Notes: generated from the letters alone by a model not told the origin. 64,000 nucleotides of DNA from Dehalococcoidia bacterium (GCA_050011565.1 JBEKIW010000002.1:384001-448000); one strand, 5' to 3'; shown: positions 9,767 to 19,239, counted from the stretch's first letter. A program made the numbers and translations.

Positions 9767-11101
9767 TTAACCATCTCCGGCTAATTTCTCGAGCTTTTCT
9801 TTCAGTTCTATTCTTTTTGCCTCGTCAAGCTTAATCGGGTTGGGTTGAGTTCGATAATGTGGCTCAGACTGTATCATTTTTTCCGGTCCGAGATCTTTCG
9901 TAAGGCAGACGTGAGAACCGACGATAGAATTAGGGCCAATTTTAATGCCGGGCATAACACTGGCGTTAATTCCAGTTTTGCAATTGTCGCCAATTATGGC
10001 TCCGAGCTTATCTCGTCCGCTGTCGATAGCCTCATCGCCAATAGCCACGGAGATATTCTGCTCGTCAAAGCGGAAGTTAGCCAGGACAGTGCCGGCGCCG
10101 AAGGAGCAACTTTTACCTATTATCGAGTCACCGATATAGCTGGAATGAACCCAGCAGCCGTCTCCGATATAAGAACCTTTTACCTCCGTGCCGTAACCTA
10201 TGACACAATCAGCACCGATATGGCTGTAGTCTCGCACCAAAACGTTATTACCTATCATAGAGCCGGCACCAATATAGGCCGGCCCTCTTATCACCGCGTT
10301 TTCCAGCACTCTGACGCCGTCTCCTATTATAACCTTACCTTCGATGGTGGCTTTACCTGAAATAACGGCTGACCGGGAAACCTTCGGCTGGCTTGTATCC
10401 AGTATATATTTGACTACATCAAAGATATGCCAGGGGTATTTTACGGGCGCCCAGAAATCATCGTAGGGAATAACCTTGATTTTATGCCCGTCTTTGGCCA
10501 GATTATCGAGTGCGCATTCGTAGACATCGTCCTTAGTTGTTTTGGCCTCGTCAATATACTCTAAAAGTTTCCTGGGATTAGAATGAAGATGGACCAGTAT
10601 GTTTACCAGGTTGCTCGGTTCTTTCCCGGGTTTCGGCTTTTCTACAACGTGTTCCAGCTCATCGGCTGCGTTTACGACCAAATAACCTCCGGGGAAATAG
10701 CTTTTAGTGTGATAGCCGAGCATATATGAATCCGCCGATTTCTTTTTAGCTTCTTGAAGAAGGCTAGTATATGCCGAGGAGGCAAAAACATCGTTAGGAT
10801 TTACTATCAGGATACCTTCATCCAGGAAAGAAGCGGCACTTTGTAAGGCATCAGCAATGCCCTTCGGTTGTTTTTGTAGGACCAGCTTAATTTCAGTATC
10901 GGAGACCGTGCTGGTTATTTTCTCAATTTGTTCTAGATTGTATTTATTGCAGACAATTACAAAATGATTTAGCCCTGCCTGCCTGGCTGTCTCCAATTGT
11001 ATCTGGAGTAGTGTTTTGCCCAGGAAATTTAGCAGGAATTTATCTTCAGTGATTGGAAACATCCTTTTACCAATGCCGCCACACAGAAAAACTACTTTCA
11101 T
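9767..11101 (-). CDS. bifunctional sugar-1-phosphate nucleotidylyltransferase/acetyltransferase (archaeal GlmU-like)
   Basis: GGIGKRMFP NTP-transferase N-terminus; hexapeptide C-terminus with ANFRFD..SGRDKLGAIIGD. Confidence 0.85.
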   Translation of the reverse strand: MKVVFLCGGIGKRMFPITEDKFLLNFLGKTLLQIQLETARQAGLNHFVIVCNKYNLEQIEKITSTVSDTEIKLVLQKQPKGIADALQSAASFLDEGILIVNPNDVFASSAYTSLLQEAKKKSADSYMLGYHTKSYFPGGYLVVNAADELEHVVEKPKPGKEPSNLVNILVHLHSNPRKLLEYIDEAKTTKDDVYECALDNLAKDGHKIKVIPYDDFWAPVKYPWHIFDVVKYILDTSQPKVSRSAVISGKATIEGKVIIGDGVRVLENAVIRGPAYIGAGSMIGNNVLVRDYSHIGADCVIGYGTEVKGSYIGDGCWVHSSYIGDSIIGKSCSFGAGTVLANFRFDEQNISVAIGDEAIDSGRDKLGAIIGDNCKTGINASVMPGIKIGPNSIVGSHVCLTKDLGPEKMIQSEPHYRTQPNPIKLDEAKRIELKEKLEKLAGDG

Positions 11102-11158
11102 CTTTCCATCCTATTGTTTTGTTAACTTTATATCCATTAACTGTGCCGGAGCACTAAG

Positions 11159-12367
11159 CTAATTTGTAGTTACTTTACGTTTTATCAGGGGCTTTATTGC
11201 CAGCGCGGGAATAGCGATAGCCAGGTGCTTCAACGTTTTCAAGATAAGCTCGCTGTGCCAATCGAACGGGAAATCGTCAAGCTCAGCTATAAACTGCGGC
11301 ATACCATTGTGGCTGATAAAATCATATAAGCCCTCAATCTGCCGGTTGCCAAGCATGCGGTAAATACGATGTGCCCAATAGCCAACTTTGAGCTCCTTAC
11401 CCAGCCGGGCTCGCCATATCTTCTCGTAAGAAGCCAGTCGGGATTCCGAAAATTCGCGGACTTGAAATGCTCGGTGCAGGGTATCGGCGGCTATGTTAGC
11501 ACATACGAATCCATAATATATGCCTCCGCCGGTAGTCGGCTTAACCTGTCCGGCGGCTTCACCGACCACCAATAGCCGGTCGCTGTAAGTTTTGGGTAAG
11601 GATTGTAGAGGTATTGCCCTGTAAGCCGGTATAACTTCGGTGGTAGCTATTTTGCCCTGAGCTTTAAGGGCTGATAGTAGCTTTTTGAAGTATCGTTTTG
11701 GCTGCCGGTTTGTTAATTGCCCGACCAGGCCTTTATTATCTCCGATAGGTACTAACCATGAAAAACCACCGGGATCCAGTCTCCGGTCAAAATAAATTTC
11801 TATCTCGTCGATGTCTGTTATGCTTACCTCCGCCTGAGCCCCGATGACGAAATTGCTTATTTCTCCTAAACCAAGCCTGGCGGGCAGCGGTGAGCCGAAT
11901 CCAGTGGTAATGACCGCTGTCTCGGCTTCAAATAAAGTTTTATGCCCTCCACAATTCGCTGTCACGTGTAAGCATCCCGTTGCTCTCTGAATGTCAATGA
12001 CGTTACTTCCGAAAAGATAACGAACGCCGGATGCCTGAGCATAGTCGACCAGTACTTGCTCAAGAGCCACCCGGTCAATTATATAGGCTACCTCATCGTT
12101 TCGCGAGATTTTAAGCGATTTACCAGAAGGCGCCACGAACCTGGCCGAGCAAACCGGCCTTTTAGCCAGATTTATCTCGGTAGGAAGCAAATTAAAACAA
12201 TCTTTGCTAATGATACCGGTGCAGCAGATGTCCTGCCCGGCAGCCGATTTTTTATCAAGGACAAGCACTTTGTATCCTAGCTGAGCTAGTTTCGCAGCCA
12301 GGTAGCTGCCAACTGGACCGGCGCCGATGATTATGGTGTTATACAACTGCATCTCCTGTCTTAACAA
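11159..12367 (-). CDS. geranylgeranyl-reductase family FAD oxidoreductase
   Basis: GAGPVGS, CTGIIS, DRVALE, VGEAAGQVKPTTGGGIY. Confidence 0.88.
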   Translation of the reverse strand: MLRQEMQLYNTIIIGAGPVGSYLAAKLAQLGYKVLVLDKKSAAGQDICCTGIISKDCFNLLPTEINLAKRPVCSARFVAPSGKSLKISRNDEVAYIIDRVALEQVLVDYAQASGVRYLFGSNVIDIQRATGCLHVTANCGGHKTLFEAETAVITTGFGSPLPARLGLGEISNFVIGAQAEVSITDIDEIEIYFDRRLDPGGFSWLVPIGDNKGLVGQLTNRQPKRYFKKLLSALKAQGKIATTEVIPAYRAIPLQSLPKTYSDRLLVVGEAAGQVKPTTGGGIYYGFVCANIAADTLHRAFQVREFSESRLASYEKIWRARLGKELKVGYWAHRIYRMLGNRQIEGLYDFISHNGMPQFIAELDDFPFDWHSELILKTLKHLAIAIPALAIKPLIKRKVTTN

Positions 12368-12370
12368 GTA

Positions 12371-12811
12371 CTACGGAGAAACGACATCAATATAAAGTCT
12401 GAGTGGCTCCTTTAGATAGGGTTCTGTCCCTCCGTTTTTGTACAGGATAAAGTCGACCCCCTGTCTTTCTCCAACTACCTGAGGAGTGAAACTGACCTTC
12501 TCCTCCCATTTTTGCTGATAAGTGAGCGTACCTATATTTACCTCCCCAACTTCAATGCCATCCATCTTTATGTATACCTGATAGGCGGCCGGCTGATATT
12601 CGTGGTTGACGACACCAATACGCATGTCAACAGGATGACCTACGGTTACCTGTTCCGGATAATCCTGAGCTTTACCTTCTGTGTTCAGGACATAGAATTC
12701 AGTGAATTTCTCTACTTCCTGTGGTGTAACCGCCATATAGATAATAAAGCCCGACGTAACGACAATGGCTACCACCAAGAAAATAAATAAGGCTCTGTTT
12801 AACTTGCTCAT
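12371..12811 (-). CDS. DUF1616-like membrane-anchored protein
   Basis: N-terminal TM then EKFTEFYVLN.EGKA.DYP...GVVNHE. Confidence 0.75.
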   Translation of the reverse strand: MSKLNRALFIFLVVAIVVTSGFIIYMAVTPQEVEKFTEFYVLNTEGKAQDYPEQVTVGHPVDMRIGVVNHEYQPAAYQVYIKMDGIEVGEVNIGTLTYQQKWEEKVSFTPQVVGERQGVDFILYKNGGTEPYLKEPLRLYIDVVSP

Positions 12812-12911
12812 GGTATCAAGTTAGGCAAGCCAATTAAAAGTTGGGTCACTGGTGCAATTATATATGTGGTGCCGTTAGACTTGCAATGGAGGGTTCGAGA
12901 TGTGGCAGTGG

Positions 12912-14387
12912 TTATTTGCTACTCTGATTAAGGTATTCGGCGTACTTTGCCAGGTTGGCGAAGGCTGCTGCTGCTTTGTGAGGCATGTCATAACATACAG
13001 AATTTCTGTCGGCCAGGGAGCGGATTGTCTTTTTGGCCAGACCGGCGCCAAATGCAATTGGCTCGGAGCCGACAACTATGGGCTTGTCGTACTTGGCGGT
13101 CAGTTCTTTAAGTGTGTCGAAGATTTTAATTATGGCGGAGAGAATAGCCTCCCGCGTTCGGTCCTTTTCCTCCGTTTTAACAGCGCGACGGAACTGCTCC
13201 ATGGGCAAGGCAGGCATTATCCCTAAAAAGATTACCCCATCGACCGCAGGGCTGCGCAGAACTACTTCGATGCATCTCATTACGCCTTCTCCGAAGATGC
13301 CGGCTACCATGTCAACCGGGTTGCCATGGCTCCACCATGCCGGCATGAAGCTATTTAGCTCGTCAATGGTCTCGGGAGGAAATTGAACGACATCGAGCCC
13401 CAATTTTGCGCAAGCATCGGCAGCCAGAACTCCCCAACCTCCTCCGGCGGTAACTATACCCACTCTACGGCCTCGGGGTAAAGGATGGCATAGAAAGGCG
13501 GTGCCGGCGTCAACAAGCTCGTCCAGATGTCTGACCCTTACAATTCCCGATTGCTGGCACATAGCGTCGACTATGGTGTCCAGTCCGGCTAGAGATGCCG
13601 TATGTGACTTGGCAGCGATAGCTCCGGCCGGCGTTTCACCGGTCTTAAGCATTACAATTGGTTTTTTCTTGGTTACCTCTTTGGCTGTTTCGAAGAACCG
13701 GCTGCCGTCCTTGAACCCTTCGACATAGCTAAGTATGACCTTGGTCTGCGGGTCATCCGCCAGGTATCGAATATAGTCCTCGGCGTGGAGGTCGGCCTCG
13801 TTGCCGCTGCTGATGCATTTAGCGCAACCGAAGCCGCTTTCTATCGCCAGCCGCATCATGGTTCCCACTATATTCCCGCTCTGGGAGACTATGGAGACAG
13901 GTCCTGCGTAGGGAAAAATTGGCGGCATCTCGGCATATAGCTTGTGATGCGGATTAACTATGCCGTCGGTATTAGGCCCTATAAATCTCAAGCCGGCACG
14001 GTGGGCTATTTCGGCCATCTCCGCCTGCAGGTTTTCGCCTTCTCTATCGACCTCGGCGAAGCCAGCGGTTATGACAACAACGGCTTTTATTCCCTTATCG
14101 GCACATTCCTTTAAGACTTTGGGTACGCCCGGCGGGGGTATCACAATGACAGCCAGGTCAGGTATCTCCGGAACTTCACCAACGGTCCTGTAGACTTTTA
14201 TCCCGAGTATCTCTTCCTTGGTCGGATTGATGGGGTATAATCGGCCTTGAAATCCACCAAATACAATGTTGGCAAATATGCGGAACCCCCATTTCATGGG
14301 GTTATTGGTGGCCCCCAGAAAGGCAATGGAGCGGGGTTCAAATATAAGCTTGAGCTTGGCTATCAGGTCAGATGTTTCGTTGTTCAA
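12912..14387 (-). CDS. acyl/acetate-CoA ligase (ADP-forming) alpha subunit, CoA-binding
   Basis: FEPRSIAFLGAT, ITAGFAE, SQSGN, SHTASLAG, GNPVD. Confidence 0.9.
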   Translation of the reverse strand: MNNETSDLIAKLKLIFEPRSIAFLGATNNPMKWGFRIFANIVFGGFQGRLYPINPTKEEILGIKVYRTVGEVPEIPDLAVIVIPPPGVPKVLKECADKGIKAVVVITAGFAEVDREGENLQAEMAEIAHRAGLRFIGPNTDGIVNPHHKLYAEMPPIFPYAGPVSIVSQSGNIVGTMMRLAIESGFGCAKCISSGNEADLHAEDYIRYLADDPQTKVILSYVEGFKDGSRFFETAKEVTKKKPIVMLKTGETPAGAIAAKSHTASLAGLDTIVDAMCQQSGIVRVRHLDELVDAGTAFLCHPLPRGRRVGIVTAGGGWGVLAADACAKLGLDVVQFPPETIDELNSFMPAWWSHGNPVDMVAGIFGEGVMRCIEVVLRSPAVDGVIFLGIMPALPMEQFRRAVKTEEKDRTREAILSAIIKIFDTLKELTAKYDKPIVVGSEPIAFGAGLAKKTIRSLADRNSVCYDMPHKAAAAFANLAKYAEYLNQSSK

Positions 14388-14524
14388 GATGAATTATTTG
14401 TCTTTTTGCTCTTGGGTCTGAGTTAGAAAACCGGCTTATATTGTAGCAACTACGCATGCCTGAGGCAAACTCGACAGTAGCTATTTTGACATTCTCAATG
14501 GCGGCTGGACCTAGTACTATATGG

Positions 14525-15505
14525 CTATTTTTTCGATGTGGCTAAGACCGAGCCCAGAAAACGGGTTATTTCCCGTGCGATGACGGGATACCACAGCCAG
14601 AAGGTGACGTGTGTGCCCGGCAGCCACCTGATGGCAGGTTTATGACAGGCTTCCCAGAAGTCGAGCGTAGCCTCTTTGGGGATGGTCTTGTCCCACTTTG
14701 CATTTAACATTAATACCGGGCGCTCTCGGAGATAGGAGGCGAATGTCAGGGCATCGGTTAAGAAGCAATGGTTAAAGGGGACAACATTGTCCAAACCCTT
14801 CTCGGCTACTTCAGCCAGATACTGGGGATAGCGACTGCGAATCTCGCGGCATTCGGCTTCGGTGCAACCGTGACCCTTTACTATAGCTTCGTTCTGGGTG
14901 TTCCAGGTTATTTTCTCCGAGTTGCCGCCGGACACCATGAATACCCCGGCCTTGATGCGTTTGTCCACTCCCATCGCTATCTCGGAGACGAATCCGCCCA
15001 GGCTTATCCCGAGAACGGCTATTTGCTCTTTGTCCAGCTCCGGCCGACTGCTTGCCCAGTCTATTATCTGACGAACTTCAATTATCGATGCCCGATAGCC
15101 TTCAAACCAGTCTTCAGTGGTAAGATATGGCATATGGCTTTTCATGGTTTCCGACATGCGGCTGGTATGGAATACCAGGTATAAGATAAAGGCAGCAATG
15201 CCCTTTTTCACCAGAGTTCGCGCCAGCAATCTGCATGGTATTGTGCTACGGTCGCCCCATCCGTGAATTACTATAGCCAACGGAGCGTGGCTGACATTCC
15301 GCGGCTGAAAATATTCACCCAGGACACTGTTGTTTTCGTTATAGAGGGCGTAGGCGGTAGGGAAATCGACCGCATAACGCAACCAGCGAGATGTCGTTTC
15401 TTTCAGCTTCAGGTTAGCCTTAATATCCTGCCTTTGATAATTGTACGGATTCATGTATTTATCCGGCGGATCCTTTAAATATCTGTTGGACCAGAATGAG
15501 TGCAT
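14525..15505 (-). CDS. alpha/beta-fold hydrolase
   Basis: IHGWG, nucleophile GISLGG, WDKTIP, GTH; start could be 15454. Confidence 0.8.
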   Translation of the reverse strand: MHSFWSNRYLKDPPDKYMNPYNYQRQDIKANLKLKETTSRWLRYAVDFPTAYALYNENNSVLGEYFQPRNVSHAPLAIVIHGWGDRSTIPCRLLARTLVKKGIAAFILYLVFHTSRMSETMKSHMPYLTTEDWFEGYRASIIEVRQIIDWASSRPELDKEQIAVLGISLGGFVSEIAMGVDKRIKAGVFMVSGGNSEKITWNTQNEAIVKGHGCTEAECREIRSRYPQYLAEVAEKGLDNVVPFNHCFLTDALTFASYLRERPVLMLNAKWDKTIPKEATLDFWEACHKPAIRWLPGTHVTFWLWYPVIAREITRFLGSVLATSKK

Positions 15506-15585
15506 CTTTACATATTAACTTCGGAGGAAATTTTTGGCAAACTCAGGGATTTTCGGTGGGGCGAACTGCCTCAGTGGGAGATACC

Positions 15586-15765
15586 TCAGCCAGGGCTGCT
15601 AATGCAGGATTTGCCAGAGGAAGCGGTGCCGAAGGTGGAGAAAATCCTTCGCGGCTGTTTCTTGCCGCATTTGGGACATTTTAATTCGCTGTCGCTGTCC
15701 GTTATTTTGCGATGCGCTTCAAACTTTTCGCCGCAGGATGGGCACTTATATTCATAGATTGGCAT
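15586..15765 (-). CDS. FmdB-family zinc-ribbon protein (59 aa to first TGA); not in ORF track
   Basis: MPIYEYKCPSCGEKFE...LKCPKCG...RRIFSTFG...SCISSPG. Confidence 0.9.
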   Translation of the reverse strand: MPIYEYKCPSCGEKFEAHRKITDSDSELKCPKCGKKQPRRIFSTFGTASSGKSCISSPG

Positions 15766-15780
15766 AATTCCATTCTCCCA

Positions 15781-17055
15781 TTAAGCTAAAGCTTTTACTG
15801 CCAGCTCTGAGACGCTACTGGCTTCGACATTCAAGCCGTAATGCTCGCTTAGATCTCCGATTTGCTGACGGCAGTTATCGCAGGAAGTGATAACGAGGCT
15901 GGCACCGGTGCGTTTAACCTGCTCAGCCTTAAGCTTCCCCGCCTGCATGCGGATATCTAACCATTCCGGCTCGGCCACCAGTCCGCTGCCGGCGCCACAA
16001 CAATAGCTCTCCAGCCGGTTTGGCGTCATCTCTCGAAAATCCTTAACCGCGGCTCGGATTACACGTCGGGGTTCGTCGAAAATACCGCCTTTACGGCCCA
16101 AATTACAGGAGTCGTGATATGTGGTCGGCTGTCCATTCTTGGAGGAATCCAAGTGTAGACGCCCTTCTCTAACGTATTCATCGAGTACTTCTAGGATGCT
16201 GCGGACCCGAAACGGAAGCTGTCCAAACCATTTGGGAGCCTCCCAGCGCATAGTGGTGTAACCATGGCCGCACTCGGTGACGATGATCTCCTCAGCTTTA
16301 AGTTTTTTGGCCTCATTGATAACACGCCCGGTGATGCGCTTGGACTTGATGCCATCGGCCAGAAAAACGGCGTAGTTGGATGACTCGAACATGCCCAGGG
16401 TCCATGATTCCTTAGCTGCATTGAACAGTATAGCCTGAGGGACAATGGTATGAGCCCCGGCCAGGGGTACGTAAAGCATGCGAGCGCCCTTCTCTTCCAC
16501 CGGTATCCGGGCTTTGGAGCTGCCCAGGCGGTCCTGGACTTCCTTTTCCAGTTCTTTAACCTGCTCCCGATATATATCGCGGAATAGTTCAGCGTTCTCT
16601 TCTTTGGCAATGGCAGCGTTAGCCAGCTCCACCAGCATTTCCGGGGCATTGCCGGTGGCGGTGGCTATCGCCCTCATTATGCGCATGATTTCGGCTGTCT
16701 CCACGCCAAAGGGGCAGGCGAAAGTGCAACGGTGGCACAGCGTACAACTGGCAAAAGCAATCTCCGCCAGCTTGGACAACATCTCGTCGGTCGTCTCTTT
16801 GACGCCCACCCACCGCGGGAATGCGCGTCCCATGGGGTCGAAAAAGCGACGGTACAATCGCCGCACCATTTCGGCACGGTAATAGGGAGTGTGCTCCGTC
16901 CGGGGATTGGACTGGTAATAGTGACAGCTTTCGGTGCATATGCCGCAGCGGACACATACCTCTAGCGCCGTCAGCACCCTGCGGTCAACCAGATTGCCCA
17001 GCATTTCCCGGGCTATGGTTAGCTTATCTTTTTTTGTTTCTACTGCGCTACTCAT
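15781..17055 (-). CDS. DsrK/HdrD-like Fe-S oxidoreductase (two [4Fe-4S] motifs plus CCG domain)
   Basis: CVRCGICTESC, CTLCHRCTFACP, TECGHG, YHDSC, YCCGAG, TSCDNC; start at MSSAVETK overlaps the upstream stop. Confidence 0.88.
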   Translation of the reverse strand: MSSAVETKKDKLTIAREMLGNLVDRRVLTALEVCVRCGICTESCHYYQSNPRTEHTPYYRAEMVRRLYRRFFDPMGRAFPRWVGVKETTDEMLSKLAEIAFASCTLCHRCTFACPFGVETAEIMRIMRAIATATGNAPEMLVELANAAIAKEENAELFRDIYREQVKELEKEVQDRLGSSKARIPVEEKGARMLYVPLAGAHTIVPQAILFNAAKESWTLGMFESSNYAVFLADGIKSKRITGRVINEAKKLKAEEIIVTECGHGYTTMRWEAPKWFGQLPFRVRSILEVLDEYVREGRLHLDSSKNGQPTTYHDSCNLGRKGGIFDEPRRVIRAAVKDFREMTPNRLESYCCGAGSGLVAEPEWLDIRMQAGKLKAEQVKRTGASLVITSCDNCRQQIGDLSEHYGLNVEASSVSELAVKALA

Positions 17056-17680
17056 GTGTCCACTCCAGTACGCCGCGGCGCCCGAAGAACAAACCGACAA
17101 AGACGCGTTCGTAAAAGAAATAAATAAAGTGTTTAATCTTGCCGAATGGCGCGTAAGCCAGCGTTATGCCGGAGATAGCCCAGAATAGGGGTAAAAAGTC
17201 CGGTTTGATAGCGGATGCGGCGCCTGCTGCCAGGAATAGTGTCACCAGCGCCAGAGAGAAATAATCATCCGGGGTGCTTAGCAGCCGCATGGTTGGGTCG
17301 CCCAATCTTATGCCGAAACCTGCCACACCCAATACAGCGCCGACGCCGAAAAGAGCCGCTAAAGAGATGCGTAGCGGCAATATCATCTGCGTCAGCCATG
17401 GGCTGGCAATAAGAAACGCTGCGGCCACGAATATGCCAACATGAATGATTATGCCGCGTATATAAGCTACCCAATGCCGTCGAGCGCTCTCCTTGGCCCA
17501 CGGAGCCATGCCCAGAGTGAAAGCATAAAGGACGCCTTGTGCTGGAGAACGTTTGACTGGCGCTTGTTCAGACTGGTAGGGCCGGCGCTGAGCAGCGACA
17601 AGAACGTATAATACGCCAATAATAAAGATGACGGCACCAACCAGTGCTATTCCGGCGGTCACCATCTGCAACATACTCAT
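17048..17680 (-). CDS. NarI/DsrM-like membrane subunit (putative cytochrome b)
   Basis: About five TM segments, H in IIHVGI, RLLSTPDDY, PFGKIKH. Confidence 0.7.
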   Translation of the reverse strand: MSMLQMVTAGIALVGAVIFIIGVLYVLVAAQRRPYQSEQAPVKRSPAQGVLYAFTLGMAPWAKESARRHWVAYIRGIIIHVGIFVAAAFLIASPWLTQMILPLRISLAALFGVGAVLGVAGFGIRLGDPTMRLLSTPDDYFSLALVTLFLAAGAASAIKPDFLPLFWAISGITLAYAPFGKIKHFIYFFYERVFVGLFFGRRGVLEWTHE

Positions 17681-17919
17681 TTCACTTTCTTGATATGGAA
17701 CCTGATTAGCTTGCCATCTCTTTCGATGGAGATAAGCTCGTTGCCGGTGCTCTTGGTCCAGGCAGGTATATCTGCCAGTACACCAGGGTCGGTGGCCGTG
17801 GCTTCTAGTACTTTGCCCACCTCCATGGTTTTAATTGCCTGGCTCACCTTAACTATCGGGATAGGGCAAAGTAGACCCTCAAGATTTAGTTTAACATCTG
17901 CATTTGTTTGTCCTGGCAT
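17677..17919 (-). CDS. TusA-family sulfur carrier
   Basis: GLLCPIPI (CPxP), ATDPG..ADIPAW; start at MPGQT after GAGGAG. Confidence 0.92.
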   Translation of the reverse strand: MPGQTNADVKLNLEGLLCPIPIVKVSQAIKTMEVGKVLEATATDPGVLADIPAWTKSTGNELISIERDGKLIRFHIKKVK

Positions 17920-17935
17920 TATTTTCTCCTCATGC

Positions 17936-18412
17936 CTATACAAATAATGTCATCTTGGAGTGGAAAGCTTTCTCCAGCATGGTAGCCACTCCGCAAGACT
18001 CTTCGGCCTCGTCAATCAGGTGTTCCGCCTTTATCTCCATGACCTGCATGCTCATCTCGCAGGGCAGGAGCTTAACTCCCAGGTCGATGGCGGTCTGCCG
18101 GAGTTCCTCCAGCGGTGTTATTTTATGTGACTTCATCATTTGTTTGAACATCCACCGGCCGATGCCCCAGAAATTGAAACGCGACGGGCCGATAGTATTG
18201 ATACCGCCCCGGTTGAGGAGGCCCATCATGCGGCCGAAGAAGCCCTGACCTGTTAGATTTCCTTTCTGTATGGCTTTTATACCCCAGAAGGTGAAAAACA
18301 TATTGGTTTCTTTGCCGGCTGCGGCAGCTCCGATGGCGATATTGAAGGCTGCCATGACCTTGTCCATGTCACCGCTAAATACGATTATGGTTACACCATC
18401 TTCTTTTGCCAT
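17936..18412 (-). CDS. DsrE/DsrF/DrsH-like (DsrE2-type) sulfurtransferase
   Basis: IIVFSGDMDK, MFFTFWG, PCEMSM; start at MAKED after AAGGAG. Confidence 0.9.
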   Translation of the reverse strand: MAKEDGVTIIVFSGDMDKVMAAFNIAIGAAAAGKETNMFFTFWGIKAIQKGNLTGQGFFGRMMGLLNRGGINTIGPSRFNFWGIGRWMFKQMMKSHKITPLEELRQTAIDLGVKLLPCEMSMQVMEIKAEHLIDEAEESCGVATMLEKAFHSKMTLFV

Positions 18413-18627
18413 TTCTGTCTCCTTCACAATTATTAATACACGTTAGATGCGGCACCCTGTACCATGGGGTGGGTGCCGTGCGCCCCCTTAACCAAACTGA
18501 CATGAATTTACCCTGCTTACACCTCCTTCATAGCGTAAACGCGCTGACCTGATATTTATCAAGGTAATTGATGACCTTTTGTTATTTCCAACTTGCGTGC
18601 GAGGCTTCCAGCCTCATCTGTCTAGCT

Positions 18628-18810
18628 TCAGCCGCCGCCGAAGGCGAACTGAGTAAAGAACCTTAACTTATCGGTAGGGCTGTCTAATTTTTCAACTTTG
18701 CCGCCACCGCAGCGGGGGCACTTCACGTTCTTATCGTCTTTCACATTATCCAGATTGGGTTTCTTAAATGTGACGCGACATTCATTACATCCGTATTCCT
18801 GGACTTGCAT
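18628..18810 (-). CDS. FmdB-like zinc-ribbon protein; possible Sec extension to 18622
   Basis: EYGCNEC...VKCPRCG; SD AAGGAG; ends GGG-TGA-AGC-TAG. Confidence 0.8.
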   Translation of the reverse strand: MQVQEYGCNECRVTFKKPNLDNVKDDKNVKCPRCGGGKVEKLDSPTDKLRFFTQFAFGGG

Positions 18811-18834
18811 TGTATATCTCCTTTAACTCTGAAA

Positions 18835-19167
18835 TTAAGCTACCAGCCTCTCGGCTAGCTGTTTGTTCTTCTCCATCCGGTCGAGCAGTATCTCATGCAC
18901 CATGTCACAGGCATCGCCGATTTTGGGGTCGCTGAGGCTGTAGTAGACACTGGTCCCTTCTCGCCGGAACTGCACCACCCCTTTGTCCCTGAGAATCGCC
19001 AGATTACGGGAGACAACCGCCTGAGGAAACTCGAGCACCCTTGCCAGCTCGCCCACAGTCGTCTCACCCTGTCGCAGCTCATCGATGATGATAAGCCGCT
19101 TGGCGTCAGCGAAGGTCTTGCATAGTTCCGCCTTTAGTGCGTAAAGTTCAAGATTGTGTCTGGCCAA
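18835..19167 (-). CDS. ArsR/SmtB-family transcriptional regulator
   Basis: AELCKTFAD.KRL.I..., VS.NLA.LR..G.V..RREG..VYY.L. Confidence 0.92.
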   Translation of the reverse strand: MARHNLELYALKAELCKTFADAKRLIIIDELRQGETTVGELARVLEFPQAVVSRNLAILRDKGVVQFRREGTSVYYSLSDPKIGDACDMVHEILLDRMEKNKQLAERLVA

Positions 19168-19194
19168 TGGGCACCTTCCTCATGGTTAATACAA

Positions 19195-19239
19195 ATATAT
19201 ATATAGACGTATATTATCATATTGTGTGGGCATTGTCAA
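19195..19239 (-). promoter_or_regulatory. ArsR operon promoter with overlapping AT-rich palindromic putative operator
   Basis: TTGACA-17-TAATAT followed by ATATA-cgtc-TATAT. Confidence 0.5.

Noticed and set aside
15781-17680. Evidence of dissimilatory sulfate reduction
   Set aside because: No dsrAB, dsrC or dsrJOP in the window; DsrMK-like pairs occur widely outside sulfate reducers
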